Source: Alphaproteobacteria bacterium
GTDB lineage: Bacteria; Pseudomonadota; Alphaproteobacteria; JAJTHO01; CANGYM01
Assembly (NCBI GenBank): GCA_044372405.1
Contig: JBILRW010000003.1
Location: forward strand, 13,381 to 77,380
Direction of reading: 5' to 3'
DNA: 64,000 nucleotides
The position numbers and the translations under genes were made by a program. Under the pieces are notes generated by a model. That model worked only from the letters and a program-made list of their open reading frames with translations. It ran no database searches and was not told where the DNA came from. Below are positions 49,963-58,090 of the stretch, one piece after another. How positions within the stretch are numbered: position 1 is the first letter of the stretch; every line of letters begins with the position of its first letter.

Positions 49963-52900
49963 GTGAAATTTCAGGGAATGTTAATCAGCCGGAATAATAA
50001 TGATAATATGGCTTTGCGTTCGTTTTTTTTGTCTTTTTTTTGTGTGCTGACGCTCCTTGGGGGCGTTTCGGCCCAGGGGGCCACGCTGCGCATCGGGCAA
50101 CACGAAACATTTATCCGTTTTGTGATCACGTCTCCCCAGGCCGTCACGCACCAGATTCAGGGATCGTCTTTAAGTTTGACTCTGAAAGATACCCTGGTTA
50201 CAGACGGGTTGTTAAAGCCATCCTCCGTTGTTTCTATCAAAAATGATAAAGAACAAGACACAACAACGATAACAGTTGCGTTTAAGGAACCTATTCAAGG
50301 CGTCGCCCCCAAAGTCATTGGCAGCCGAAAAATTTTTGACGTTACGCTCGGGGCGGCCTCCCCGCCTGCCGTGGCTGAAGCAGAAAAGACAGAAGAAAAA
50401 ACAAAGGCAACGCCACCCTTGCCTGCCCCTGCGCCGGAAACGTCACCGGTTTCAGAAAAATCCCCCATTGTTGAAAAGCCAGCCTCGGCGGCTCAGGCGC
50501 CTTTGACCAACGAAAACGCAACGGTTTCCCTGGTGGCCGGTGATGTTCGTTTTTCGTTTCCTGATGCTAAACCGGTGGGCGTGGCTGTTTTTCAGCGGGC
50601 TGGGTGGCAGTGGATTGTTTTGTCCCACCCTGTGAACCTAACGTCTCTGGAAAAAGAAAAAAACCTGCAGTCGCTGGAAATCAAAAGCACATATGAGGGG
50701 CAAATCATCCGCTTTCAGGCCCCCGAAAATCGAAAGGCCACCGTGTGGTATGAAAAAGGCGCTTGGTTTGTTCATCTGGTCCCCTCCCCCCCAGAAACCC
50801 CGGGTTCATTATCAGAAAGCAGGGATGCCGCTGGATTACACCTGACAATTCCTGGGGCTTCCCCCGTGTTTAAAGTCAAAGATCCCGTTTTGGGGGATTT
50901 TTTGTGGATTGTGACTACGTCGGATCCTGCTGTTGCGGTTAAGGAAGCGAGACAATTTGCCCTGTTATCGCTAGAGCCCACAACCGTGGGCGTTGCCCTG
51001 TCTTCTTTTCAAGAAACCCTGCCCCTGACCCAGCAGGGGGATACCCTGACGTTGGCCTTAAACGGTGACCGCTCCCTTTTATCCGTAACACCAGAGGACA
51101 CCCAGGCCCTGTCAAAACCCAGCCCTCCCGTATCTTTATCAGAAAAGGCCGCCGCGCCGGAAAAAAAAGAGGATGAGTACCTTTTTAACATTCGTCTGTG
51201 GAAACGGGTACCTAAAAATCAATTTTTCTTAGAAAAACAATCGTTGGAGAGACGCATTGCCACGGTCAGGCCGGAAGAAAAACCCCTGGCTCGCCTCACC
51301 CTAGCCCGTTTTTTCTTCGCCCATGATTTTTATACGGAAAGTCATGCCATTCTAAGCGCCATGCTGGCGGATGATCCGGGGTTGCATGCATCCCGTCCGG
51401 TGAAATCTCTGCGGGGGGCAACCCTTTTTATGAATCGACGGTATCAAGAGGCCCGCCAGTCCCTGTTTGAAAGCAACACCCTGGATCACCCCGAAGGGAA
51501 CCTCTGGATGGCCAGTGCCTTTGCGGCGGAAGGACTCTTTAAGGACGCCCAGCCTTTTTTAAAAAACGTTACCGGCATTCCTGAAACCTATACCCCCGCC
51601 ATGACCTTGGCCCTTTTGGAGCCTTTGGTGGCGGCGTGGTTAGAAAACGGGGATCAGGATACGGCCAATCTGTACCTGAATCGGGGGGATAGTCTGGATT
51701 ATACCCCTGGGCAGCGGGGGCGGCTGGATTTATTAAAGGCAAACCTTTTGCTGGCGTCAAAAAAAGAAGAGGATGCCCGGGCCGCTTGGACCCGTTTGGC
51801 CAAGCATCCCGATCATTTTGTGCGCACCCACGCCGATTACGCCCTATTGGACAGTGAACATCGCGCGGGTATTCTGACCGATGACGAAGCGATTTTGGGG
51901 TTGGAACGTCTTCGATTCGCCTGGCGCGGGGATGCGTTTGAGCGGAATTTGCTGAATCGCTTGGTGGATTTATACATTAAAAAAGCCGATTACCGCCAGG
52001 CCCTGCAAACCCTGCGTTATTTGGAAAAGCAATACCCTGATACGGAGGACGGCAAAAAAGCCCGCGCCCAGATGCAATCCCTTTTCGTGGATTTGTATCT
52101 GAAAGACAAAGCCGACACGATGCCGCCGTTAACGGCCCTGGCCCTGCTGGATGAGTTTCGTTTTCTAACCCCCGATGATGAAACGGGGGATGAGATGATT
52201 CGGAAACTGGCGGATCGTCTGGTTTCCGTGGATTTGTTGGACCGCGCGGGGGATTTGCTGACCCACCAGGTGCGGGAGCGTTTAAATGGCGAAGACAAAA
52301 GCCGCGTGGGCATGCGCCTGGCCATGATCCAGCTGCTGAACGATAAACCGGAAAAGGCCATTGAGGCCCTGAATTTATCGGATTATCTGTATGTTCCCGT
52401 GGCCCTGTTTGAAAAACGCGAACGGCTGCGGGCAGAGGCACAGGTCATGCAAAATCAGCTGGAGGAGGCCCTGCTGACCATCAGCGATGATACATCCGAA
52501 GAGGCCAACCAGATTCGGGCGCATAGTTATTGGAAACAAAAAAATTATACGGCCCTTGTCCCGTTGTTGGAATCCATGATTCATCTGAAACCAGGGGCAA
52601 AAACAGCATCGGAAGAGGAAGCCCATGCCATTTTAAATTATATCACGGCGCTGGTGCTGGCCAAGGACGATAAGGCCCTGGGGGAGGCCTTTACCCGCTA
52701 TGCCCCCGTTTTAAACGGCACCCCCTGGGATGAAGCCTTTCAGGCCCTGAGCAATCCCGATTTAATGGGCAATCCCAAAAATGTCATGGGTGCGTTTAAG
52801 GACATAGGAACCCTGGAAACCCTAATTGACAGTTATCGGAAACAACTGAAAACCGGCAAACTCAGCGATGTTCGGGAAGAGCCAGAGGCTGGGGCCATCC

Positions 52901-52971
52901 CCAAAGATCCCAAAGCAGAAAAAAAACCGGAAGAGAAAACCCCAGAAAAAACAGACCCCAAAGTGCCGTAA
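49963..52971 (+). CDS. Secreted AMIN-domain / TPR-repeat protein (about 1000 aa)
   Basis: Probable start at MALRSFFLSFF (50008) with a signal peptide. The N-terminal region ATLRIGQHETFIRFVITSPQAVT...SLSLTLKD is AMIN-like. A Pro/Ala-rich linker and a second beta-rich region follow. The C-terminal about 550 aa are TPR-like helical repeats, ending in a lysine/glutamate-rich tail. Confidence 0.55.
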   Translation: MKFQGMLISRNNNDNMALRSFFLSFFCVLTLLGGVSAQGATLRIGQHETFIRFVITSPQAVTHQIQGSSLSLTLKDTLVTDGLLKPSSVVSIKNDKEQDTTTITVAFKEPIQGVAPKVIGSRKIFDVTLGAASPPAVAEAEKTEEKTKATPPLPAPAPETSPVSEKSPIVEKPASAAQAPLTNENATVSLVAGDVRFSFPDAKPVGVAVFQRAGWQWIVLSHPVNLTSLEKEKNLQSLEIKSTYEGQIIRFQAPENRKATVWYEKGAWFVHLVPSPPETPGSLSESRDAAGLHLTIPGASPVFKVKDPVLGDFLWIVTTSDPAVAVKEARQFALLSLEPTTVGVALSSFQETLPLTQQGDTLTLALNGDRSLLSVTPEDTQALSKPSPPVSLSEKAAAPEKKEDEYLFNIRLWKRVPKNQFFLEKQSLERRIATVRPEEKPLARLTLARFFFAHDFYTESHAILSAMLADDPGLHASRPVKSLRGATLFMNRRYQEARQSLFESNTLDHPEGNLWMASAFAAEGLFKDAQPFLKNVTGIPETYTPAMTLALLEPLVAAWLENGDQDTANLYLNRGDSLDYTPGQRGRLDLLKANLLLASKKEEDARAAWTRLAKHPDHFVRTHADYALLDSEHRAGILTDDEAILGLERLRFAWRGDAFERNLLNRLVDLYIKKADYRQALQTLRYLEKQYPDTEDGKKARAQMQSLFVDLYLKDKADTMPPLTALALLDEFRFLTPDDETGDEMIRKLADRLVSVDLLDRAGDLLTHQVRERLNGEDKSRVGMRLAMIQLLNDKPEKAIEALNLSDYLYVPVALFEKRERLRAEAQVMQNQLEEALLTISDDTSEEANQIRAHSYWKQKNYTALVPLLESMIHLKPGAKTASEEEAHAILNYITALVLAKDDKALGEAFTRYAPVLNGTPWDEAFQALSNPDLMGNPKNVMGAFKDIGTLETLIDSYRKQLKTGKLSDVREEPEAGAIPKDPKAEKKPEEKTPEKTDPKVP

Positions 52972-52974
52972 GGC

Positions 52975-53036
52975 CCCTTCCTCCCCTTGAGAGGGAGGAG
53001 GGGGCAAAAAACCTCCCGAGGGGGAGGGTTTTTTTT
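52975..53036. terminator. Bidirectional rho-independent terminator (two GC hairpins with flanking A/T tracts)
   Basis: CCTTCCTCCCC...GGGAGGAGGGGG then AAAAAA, followed by CCTCCC-GAG-GGGAGGG and T8. Lies between convergent genes. Confidence 0.7.
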
Positions 53037-53391
53037 AGCCTTCGAAGAATAGGATTCCCCGTAGGCGTTGGACTTGGTAAGGGCGGATGAGAATGAACTG
53101 ATCGAGAATCTTATAGTCGCACTCATACGCCTCCAACACGGTGAATAAACAACTATAGTCATAAAAATCATTTTTTACATGATACAAATGACTGTTGTGT
53201 TCGTCAGATAGACTCAGGATTGGCTGATAAACTGCTCTCATTTTATCAAGAGCCCAAGGACTTAACAGCGAAAATATTTCGCTAAAAGGACCATCATCCT
53301 GAGGGCTAGAAGAAAAACGCAGCTTTGCGCGAAGCACCGTTTCAAAGCCAAATGTAATCACCCCGATTTGGATGTTCAACATAACAAACAT
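53035..53391 (-). CDS. Hypothetical protein (orphan, low GC)
   Basis: 118-aa ORF in an AT-rich segment with no recognisable motif. Ends at the bidirectional terminator. Confidence 0.35.
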   Translation of the reverse strand: MFVMLNIQIGVITFGFETVLRAKLRFSSSPQDDGPFSEIFSLLSPWALDKMRAVYQPILSLSDEHNSHLYHVKNDFYDYSCLFTVLEAYECDYKILDQFILIRPYQVQRLRGILFFEG

Positions 53392-53503
53392 TACCTCAAA
53401 AAAACGAAACGAAACGTTTACAAAATGCAGTAGAAGCCCCCGTACTGCTGGTGGGCATTTTTTGGGAAAAATGCCACGATGCTATAGAAACAGATTTAGC
53501 CTA

Positions 53504-53521
53504 ATATATATATATATATAT
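53504..53521. repeat. (AT)9 dinucleotide microsatellite
   Basis: ATATATATATATATATAT read directly. Lies about 115 bp upstream of the minus-strand orphan ORF start, inside the AT-rich island. Confidence 0.9.
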
Positions 53522-53571
53522 GTCAAGAATTTTATTTATCATTTATGTCAGGACTTACGCACGTTGATGGT

Positions 53572-53800
53572 TCAAGTCACGAAAGTGAGAGGGTTATTGA
53601 GGATTTTGGTGATAAAGTCGTCGAATAATTTTTCTTTGAGTTGGTAGACGGTGGTTTTGAAGGCATAAGCGGCGCGTTTGAGGATGACCCAGGCGAGATT
53701 CGCGCAGGCGATATGGTTCCGCTGAGCTCTTGCTTTGCGGCATTGGCACCGCTCCAAGCCCACGAGTTGCTTGGTTTCACGGTGTGTCTCGTATCCATCA
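53572..53800 (-). pseudogene. Degenerate IS5-family-like transposase C-terminal remnant
   Basis: Minus-strand translation ...GYETHRETKQLVGLERCQCRKARAQRNHIACANLAWVILKRAAY... resembles the IS5/IS1031-group C-terminus (GYDS..., IERCF..., LA...IWL), but is truncated and frame-broken. The region is covered by overlapping ORFs in three frames. Confidence 0.35.
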
Positions 53801-53901
53801 AAAGCAGAAACGCTATACGTCAGAAACCGCCATAAACGCTTTTTTAGTCTTCTTGGGACTACACTCCTAAGAAAACCACAAAAGAGAGACGGGGTTGGCA
53901 C

Positions 53902-54664
53902 CATGAAAAACGTTCGGATTATTGTTCTGGCTTTTTCAATGACAGGAATAATGACACAAACAGCGGGCGCTGAACCTCCGTTGCAAATGCCTGATCCTGG
54001 AAACTGGCGCGGGTCCATCACGGCGGGGCTGGATACAGATATTAAAAGCGATTTGATTGATTCAGGGCGTTGGCAATATCAGAATAAAAGTGGGACGGTT
54101 TATAATATTTCAACGGATAAAGCGACCTTTAACGATGTTTATGGCAGTACGTTGACAGGGGGTTTTGAGGCTGCTTATGCCGTCACCCGTTTTTCTGAGG
54201 TCTTCGGACGCGCCTCATACAGCACCGCCAGCGGTGATACGGTTAATCTGGGAAAACTGGGCGACACAACCGTTACAGCGTCCTTTGATGATTACACGGC
54301 CTATGGCGTGGATTTGGGATATCGTTACTTTTTTGATTTGGAAAACACAGGCTTTACGCCCTATTTGGGCGGTGTCGCCGGTATGCGTTACGTTCCTGGG
54401 TTTGGGGCATCGCTTAGCGCCACTGGGGCAGATTTGGGCAGTGTTAATCTGTTTGATGACAGCTTTGTTCCCAACTTTGGTTTGGATATTGGTTTTCTTT
54501 ATCCCTTGAGCCGAAACTTTGCCGTGGGATTTGAAACAGGTCTGTACTACATGATGAAACTAAAAGACGACGACAGTTCCTTCGCAGGGGGCGGGGTGGA
54601 CAGCAACGACAGTGCCGACAGGCTGTATGTCCCGGCGCGGCTGAAGGGAACCCTGAAGTTTTAG
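53902..54664 (+). CDS. Outer-membrane beta-barrel protein (porin-like, C-terminal Phe)
   Basis: Start MKNVRIIVLAFSMTGIMTQTAGA (signal peptide). Alternating beta-strand pattern, Gly/Tyr-rich, ends ...RLKGTLKF. The track ORF start (53735) overextends. Confidence 0.6.
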
Positions 54665-54745
54665 GGCGTTCCCTGATTGCAGGATTTTTGTTAGGCTCAG
54701 GCCAAACAATAGTCTTTGCGGGGGCGCGTTATCTCAGAACACAGC

Positions 54746-55672
54746 ATGATTCAGCGGTATTTTGCGCCCTTGGCCCATGCGTGTCCCGGGGCCCGTGGTT
54801 TACGGGATGATGCGGCGTGTTTAACGCCGCCCCCCGGTTATCAGGTGGTGATTACCACAGATGGGAACATCGGCGGGATCCATTTTCCCCTGAATGCCCC
54901 GCCAGCGGTCATGGCCCACCGCAGTTTGGCAGTGAATTTATCGGATTTGGCCGCCATGGGGGCAAAGCCCTGGGTGTACAGTTTATCCTTATCAGCCCCC
55001 AAAACATTTTTTCAGGAGCAGACCCTGGCGCCGTTTTGCCGGACACTCTTGGGGCTGCAAAAGCGCTATGACATTGCCCTTAGCGGCGGTGATACCACTG
55101 TTTATGACGGCCCGCCCCACATTCATATTACGGCCCTGGGTGTGGTTCCCATGAGATCTGCCCTGCACCGTGAGGGAGCCAAGGCGGGGGATGATCTGTA
55201 TGTTTCCGGCCGCATCGGCGATGCGGGCCATGGGTTATCCCTTTGGCAGCAAGGCGTTCGGGGGAATGATGCGGGTTTAAACCGTTACCTTTACCCCGCA
55301 CCGCGTATTGATTTGGGCCTGGCCCTTCGGGGGCTTGCCACAGCGTGTATGGATATTTCCGATGGGTTTGTGGGGGATTTGCAACATATTTGCCAGGCCA
55401 GCGGCGTCACGGCCCATGTGGATGTGGATGCCATCCCACTCAATCCCCACATACCCTGGGATCAAGCTCTCCGCTGCGGGGATGATTACGAACTGCTCTT
55501 TACGGCCCCTCCTCAGCACCGAGAGAGGATTCATGCCCTGGGCCAGAGCCTTAACCTGTCCTTAACCCGTGTGGGCTATAGTACAGATGTATGCATGATA
55601 CATGGTTGTGTGGTGTTGAAGAGAGGGGGGTCTGAAGTGAAAATTTCGAACCCCTCTTTTTGCCACTTTTGA
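54746..55672 (+). CDS. thiL: Thiamine-monophosphate kinase
   Basis: Start MIQRYFAPL with the AIR-synthase-related fold (DDAACL, GGDTT). About 308 aa. Confidence 0.75.
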   Translation: MIQRYFAPLAHACPGARGLRDDAACLTPPPGYQVVITTDGNIGGIHFPLNAPPAVMAHRSLAVNLSDLAAMGAKPWVYSLSLSAPKTFFQEQTLAPFCRTLLGLQKRYDIALSGGDTTVYDGPPHIHITALGVVPMRSALHREGAKAGDDLYVSGRIGDAGHGLSLWQQGVRGNDAGLNRYLYPAPRIDLGLALRGLATACMDISDGFVGDLQHICQASGVTAHVDVDAIPLNPHIPWDQALRCGDDYELLFTAPPQHRERIHALGQSLNLSLTRVGYSTDVCMIHGCVVLKRGGSEVKISNPSFCHF

Positions 55673-55770
55673 TATTTTAAAAGATATTTTTTTAATGAAT
55701 ACTGTTGAGAGGTTTTTTGTTAGGCCTCTGATCCTATATTATTTTCCTTTATATTTTCTTTGCATTCTTT

Positions 55771-56262
55771 ATGCGCCTGATCATCGTTGGTTTTTTGGTT
55801 TTGATCCTGCTGGGTGTTGGTGGGTACATGGGGTATATGTATTTTGCCAAAAGCATGCCCCCAGCTGCCGTCATTGCCCAAATCCAAGGAAAGTCCTATC
55901 CCCCCGAAGCCAAAGAAGAAACCCCACCCCCGGAGGCCATTGTTGAAGAGGCTGTTTTTCTGAAAATGCCGGTTCTGAACGTTTCTGTTTTCAACCAGGG
56001 TGAAGTGAGTCGCCTGGTGGGGATTCAGGTGGTTTTGGAATTTCCCAAAGAGGCCTCAAAATCCCATGCCGAAACCATCATGCCCGCGCTGAAGGATGCT
56101 ATGTTAACGCGGCTGTATCATTTGGCGCGTCTTAATATGCTCCCCACCGAGGGAACCGCCCTTTTCCTGAAAAGGAATATATTGGATGTCGCCCAAAGTC
56201 TGTTGGGTGTAGACAATGTGGCCACAGCCACAGTTTATGCCACCAATGATAATGCGCAGTAG
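55771..56262 (+). CDS. fliL: Flagellar basal-body-associated protein FliL-like
   Basis: 163 aa with an N-terminal TM helix then a periplasmic domain. The pattern VFLKMPVLNVSVFNQGEVSRLVGIQVVLEF matches FliL family topology and motifs. Confidence 0.5.
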   Translation: MRLIIVGFLVLILLGVGGYMGYMYFAKSMPPAAVIAQIQGKSYPPEAKEETPPPEAIVEEAVFLKMPVLNVSVFNQGEVSRLVGIQVVLEFPKEASKSHAETIMPALKDAMLTRLYHLARLNMLPTEGTALFLKRNILDVAQSLLGVDNVATATVYATNDNAQ

Positions 56263-56266
56263 GGCT

Positions 56267-56689
56267 TTATTTTTTGAGCACCACATAATAGGCTCCCTCT
56301 TCCCCATGGCGTCTGGCGGCAGGAGAAAAAGAGGCCACGTAACGGCGGAAATTGGGGAAGGCCATCCATTCCTCAAAGGCCTGCTTTAGGGTTCTTTCGT
56401 GGGGAATGCTGTTTTTTCCCTTACCCGTGATAATCAAAACCAGGCGTTTGTGATCCCCCTGGGCCCTGGCCAGAAATGTTTGTAACCGATCATGGGCCTG
56501 AATGATGGTCAGGCCGTGCAGATCCAAAACCCCTTCGGGTTCGTACTGGCCCCTCTGAAGACGGCGGGACGAAAGAACACCGGCCCCCGTATTAAGGATC
56601 AGCGGATCCTTTTCATGACCCCAAGAACGCAAAGGCCGCTGTCCCAGGGGGCGTATGGTTTGACGGATATGCTCCCAGGACTCATCCAT
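56267..56689 (-). CDS. Smr-domain protein
   Basis: 140 aa with Smr motifs LDLHGLT and LVLIITGKG. Confidence 0.7.
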   Translation of the reverse strand: MDESWEHIRQTIRPLGQRPLRSWGHEKDPLILNTGAGVLSSRRLQRGQYEPEGVLDLHGLTIIQAHDRLQTFLARAQGDHKRLVLIITGKGKNSIPHERTLKQAFEEWMAFPNFRRYVASFSPAARRHGEEGAYYVVLKK

Positions 56690-56716
56690 AGCACGTCATC
56701 CATGGTGGGGTTGCCG

Positions 56717-57340
56717 CTATTTTTTACCGGTAATCTCCGCAAATTTTTCACGAAGTGCTTCAATGGATAGGGCCCCAACCATTTTTTCACCGTTGATGAA
56801 CAGGGTGGGGGTGGATTCAACGCCCAGGATTTTTTCAGCGTCAAGTCGGCTTTGCAGCAGCGCATCTTTTTGCGTTTTATCGGCCCAGCACGCACTGATG
56901 GCATCATCAGAAAGGCCGGCCTGGAGGGTGATTTTTTTCAGCGGCTCCAGATCCCCCCGCGCATTCAGCCATTGTTGCTGGCTGGCAAAGAGGGTGCCGA
57001 TATAGGCATCACGGGAAGCCTCCGGGATGCACAGTGACAAAAGGGCGCCGTTTAAGGAAAAGGGATCCCCAGGAAAATGCCGGAACACCAGGCGAACCTT
57101 GCCCTGTTTGATTTCATTTTCTTTTAAAACAGAAACGGTGTTTTTATAAAAATCGGCACAGTGGCTGCAGGAAAGAGATCCATACTCGATGATGGTGATA
57201 GGGGCATCGGCCTTTCCTGTCACAATATCCCCCGGGCGATTACCCAGTAGCTCTTCCTTGGTGGGATCAGCCGCGCGGGCGGGCGTTATGGCCAAAAAAA
57301 ACAAAACAACAAACAGCAGGGAAACATTTTTGAAACGCAT
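56717..57340 (-). CDS. dsbA: Thiol:disulfide interchange protein DsbA family
   Basis: 207 aa with a signal peptide and the thioredoxin active site CSHC (EYGSLSCSHCADF). Confidence 0.75.
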   Translation of the reverse strand: MRFKNVSLLFVVLFFLAITPARAADPTKEELLGNRPGDIVTGKADAPITIIEYGSLSCSHCADFYKNTVSVLKENEIKQGKVRLVFRHFPGDPFSLNGALLSLCIPEASRDAYIGTLFASQQQWLNARGDLEPLKKITLQAGLSDDAISACWADKTQKDALLQSRLDAEKILGVESTPTLFINGEKMVGALSIEALREKFAEITGKK

Positions 57341-57400
57341 GGTGGGGGTCTCTGATTATTATGACAGAAGTATTCTTTCATACTTCTCTCTGGGGTAAAA

Positions 57401-57466
57401 TGCAAGAACGGTATTTATGCAAGAACGGTATTTACAGGGTCATTCAATGAAACAATTCAATGAAAC
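57401..57466. repeat. Two adjacent tandem duplications (17-bp TGCAAGAACGGTATTTA x2; 11-bp TTCAATGAAAC x2 with a 2-nt spacer) in the dsbA / tRNA-Leu divergent region
   Basis: Read directly at 57401-57434 and 57443-57466. A short hairpin (AGAAGTAT/ATACTTCT) lies at 57365-57388. Confidence 0.8.
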
Positions 57467-57604
57467 CCGTTGAAATCCCAGTTTTCAGAGGCCAAGATAC
57501 CCACAAAATCTAGCGTCTTGCCGATTTCATGGAATGACCCTGGTTTTTTCACAGAAAATTTGACCGACACCCGAAACCTTGGTATAAAGGCCTCCTTACA
57601 CAAG

Positions 57605-57690
57605 GCCCCAGTGGTGGAATGGTAGACGCGGCAGACTCAAAATCTGCTACTCGCAAGGGTGTGGGGGTTCAAGTCCCTCCTGGGGCACCA
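57605..57690 (+). tRNA. tRNA-Leu (anticodon CAA)
   Basis: GCCCCAG acceptor stem pairs with CTGGGGC. Anticodon loop CT-CAA-AA, a long variable arm (class II), TPsiC GGTTCAAGTCC, and an encoded 3-prime CCA. Confidence 0.85.
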
Positions 57691-58090
57691 TTTTTGGGGC
57701 TGAAGCCTCATTGGCCCGATACAGGCCCAGCAACTTAGACCACAAGCGCAGAATCATCCTCCTCCCCCTATCCTATAATCATGGGCTATGGGTTCTGTAA
57801 CGGGCGTTTTACTCCCCTAAAAAAATTTAAAAAAAACTCTTGCAACGAGTGTTGTCTGTGAGACGCTTTGAATAATACCAATTCACTTTCAAAAAAATAC
57901 TAATAGTGGTATGGTGTCTCTTTAAAAAGGAGATCTGCCATGGGCAATCGGTATCAGGATTTAGCGGGTGACAAGGAAGCCTTGAAGGCGGCGATGGAGG
58001 AAGCTCAGGGTCTTCCCGGATTTCGTCGGTATCAGGCGGTTTATTTGCGCTAGTGTTTCTGGCCAGCGATCCGTTACGCCGGAGCCCCCT

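Noticed and set aside
53735-53901. 5-prime extension of the OMP ORF (MRHWHRSKPTSCLVSR...)
   Set aside because: The Arg/His-rich extension overlaps the transposase-like remnant. The signal peptide MKNVRIIVLAFSMTG starts at 53902.
54665-54745. Possible TPP riboswitch upstream of thiL
   Set aside because: The 80-bp leader lacks the conserved CUGAGA / ACCUGAUCUGGAUAAUGCCAGCG thi-box elements. Too short.
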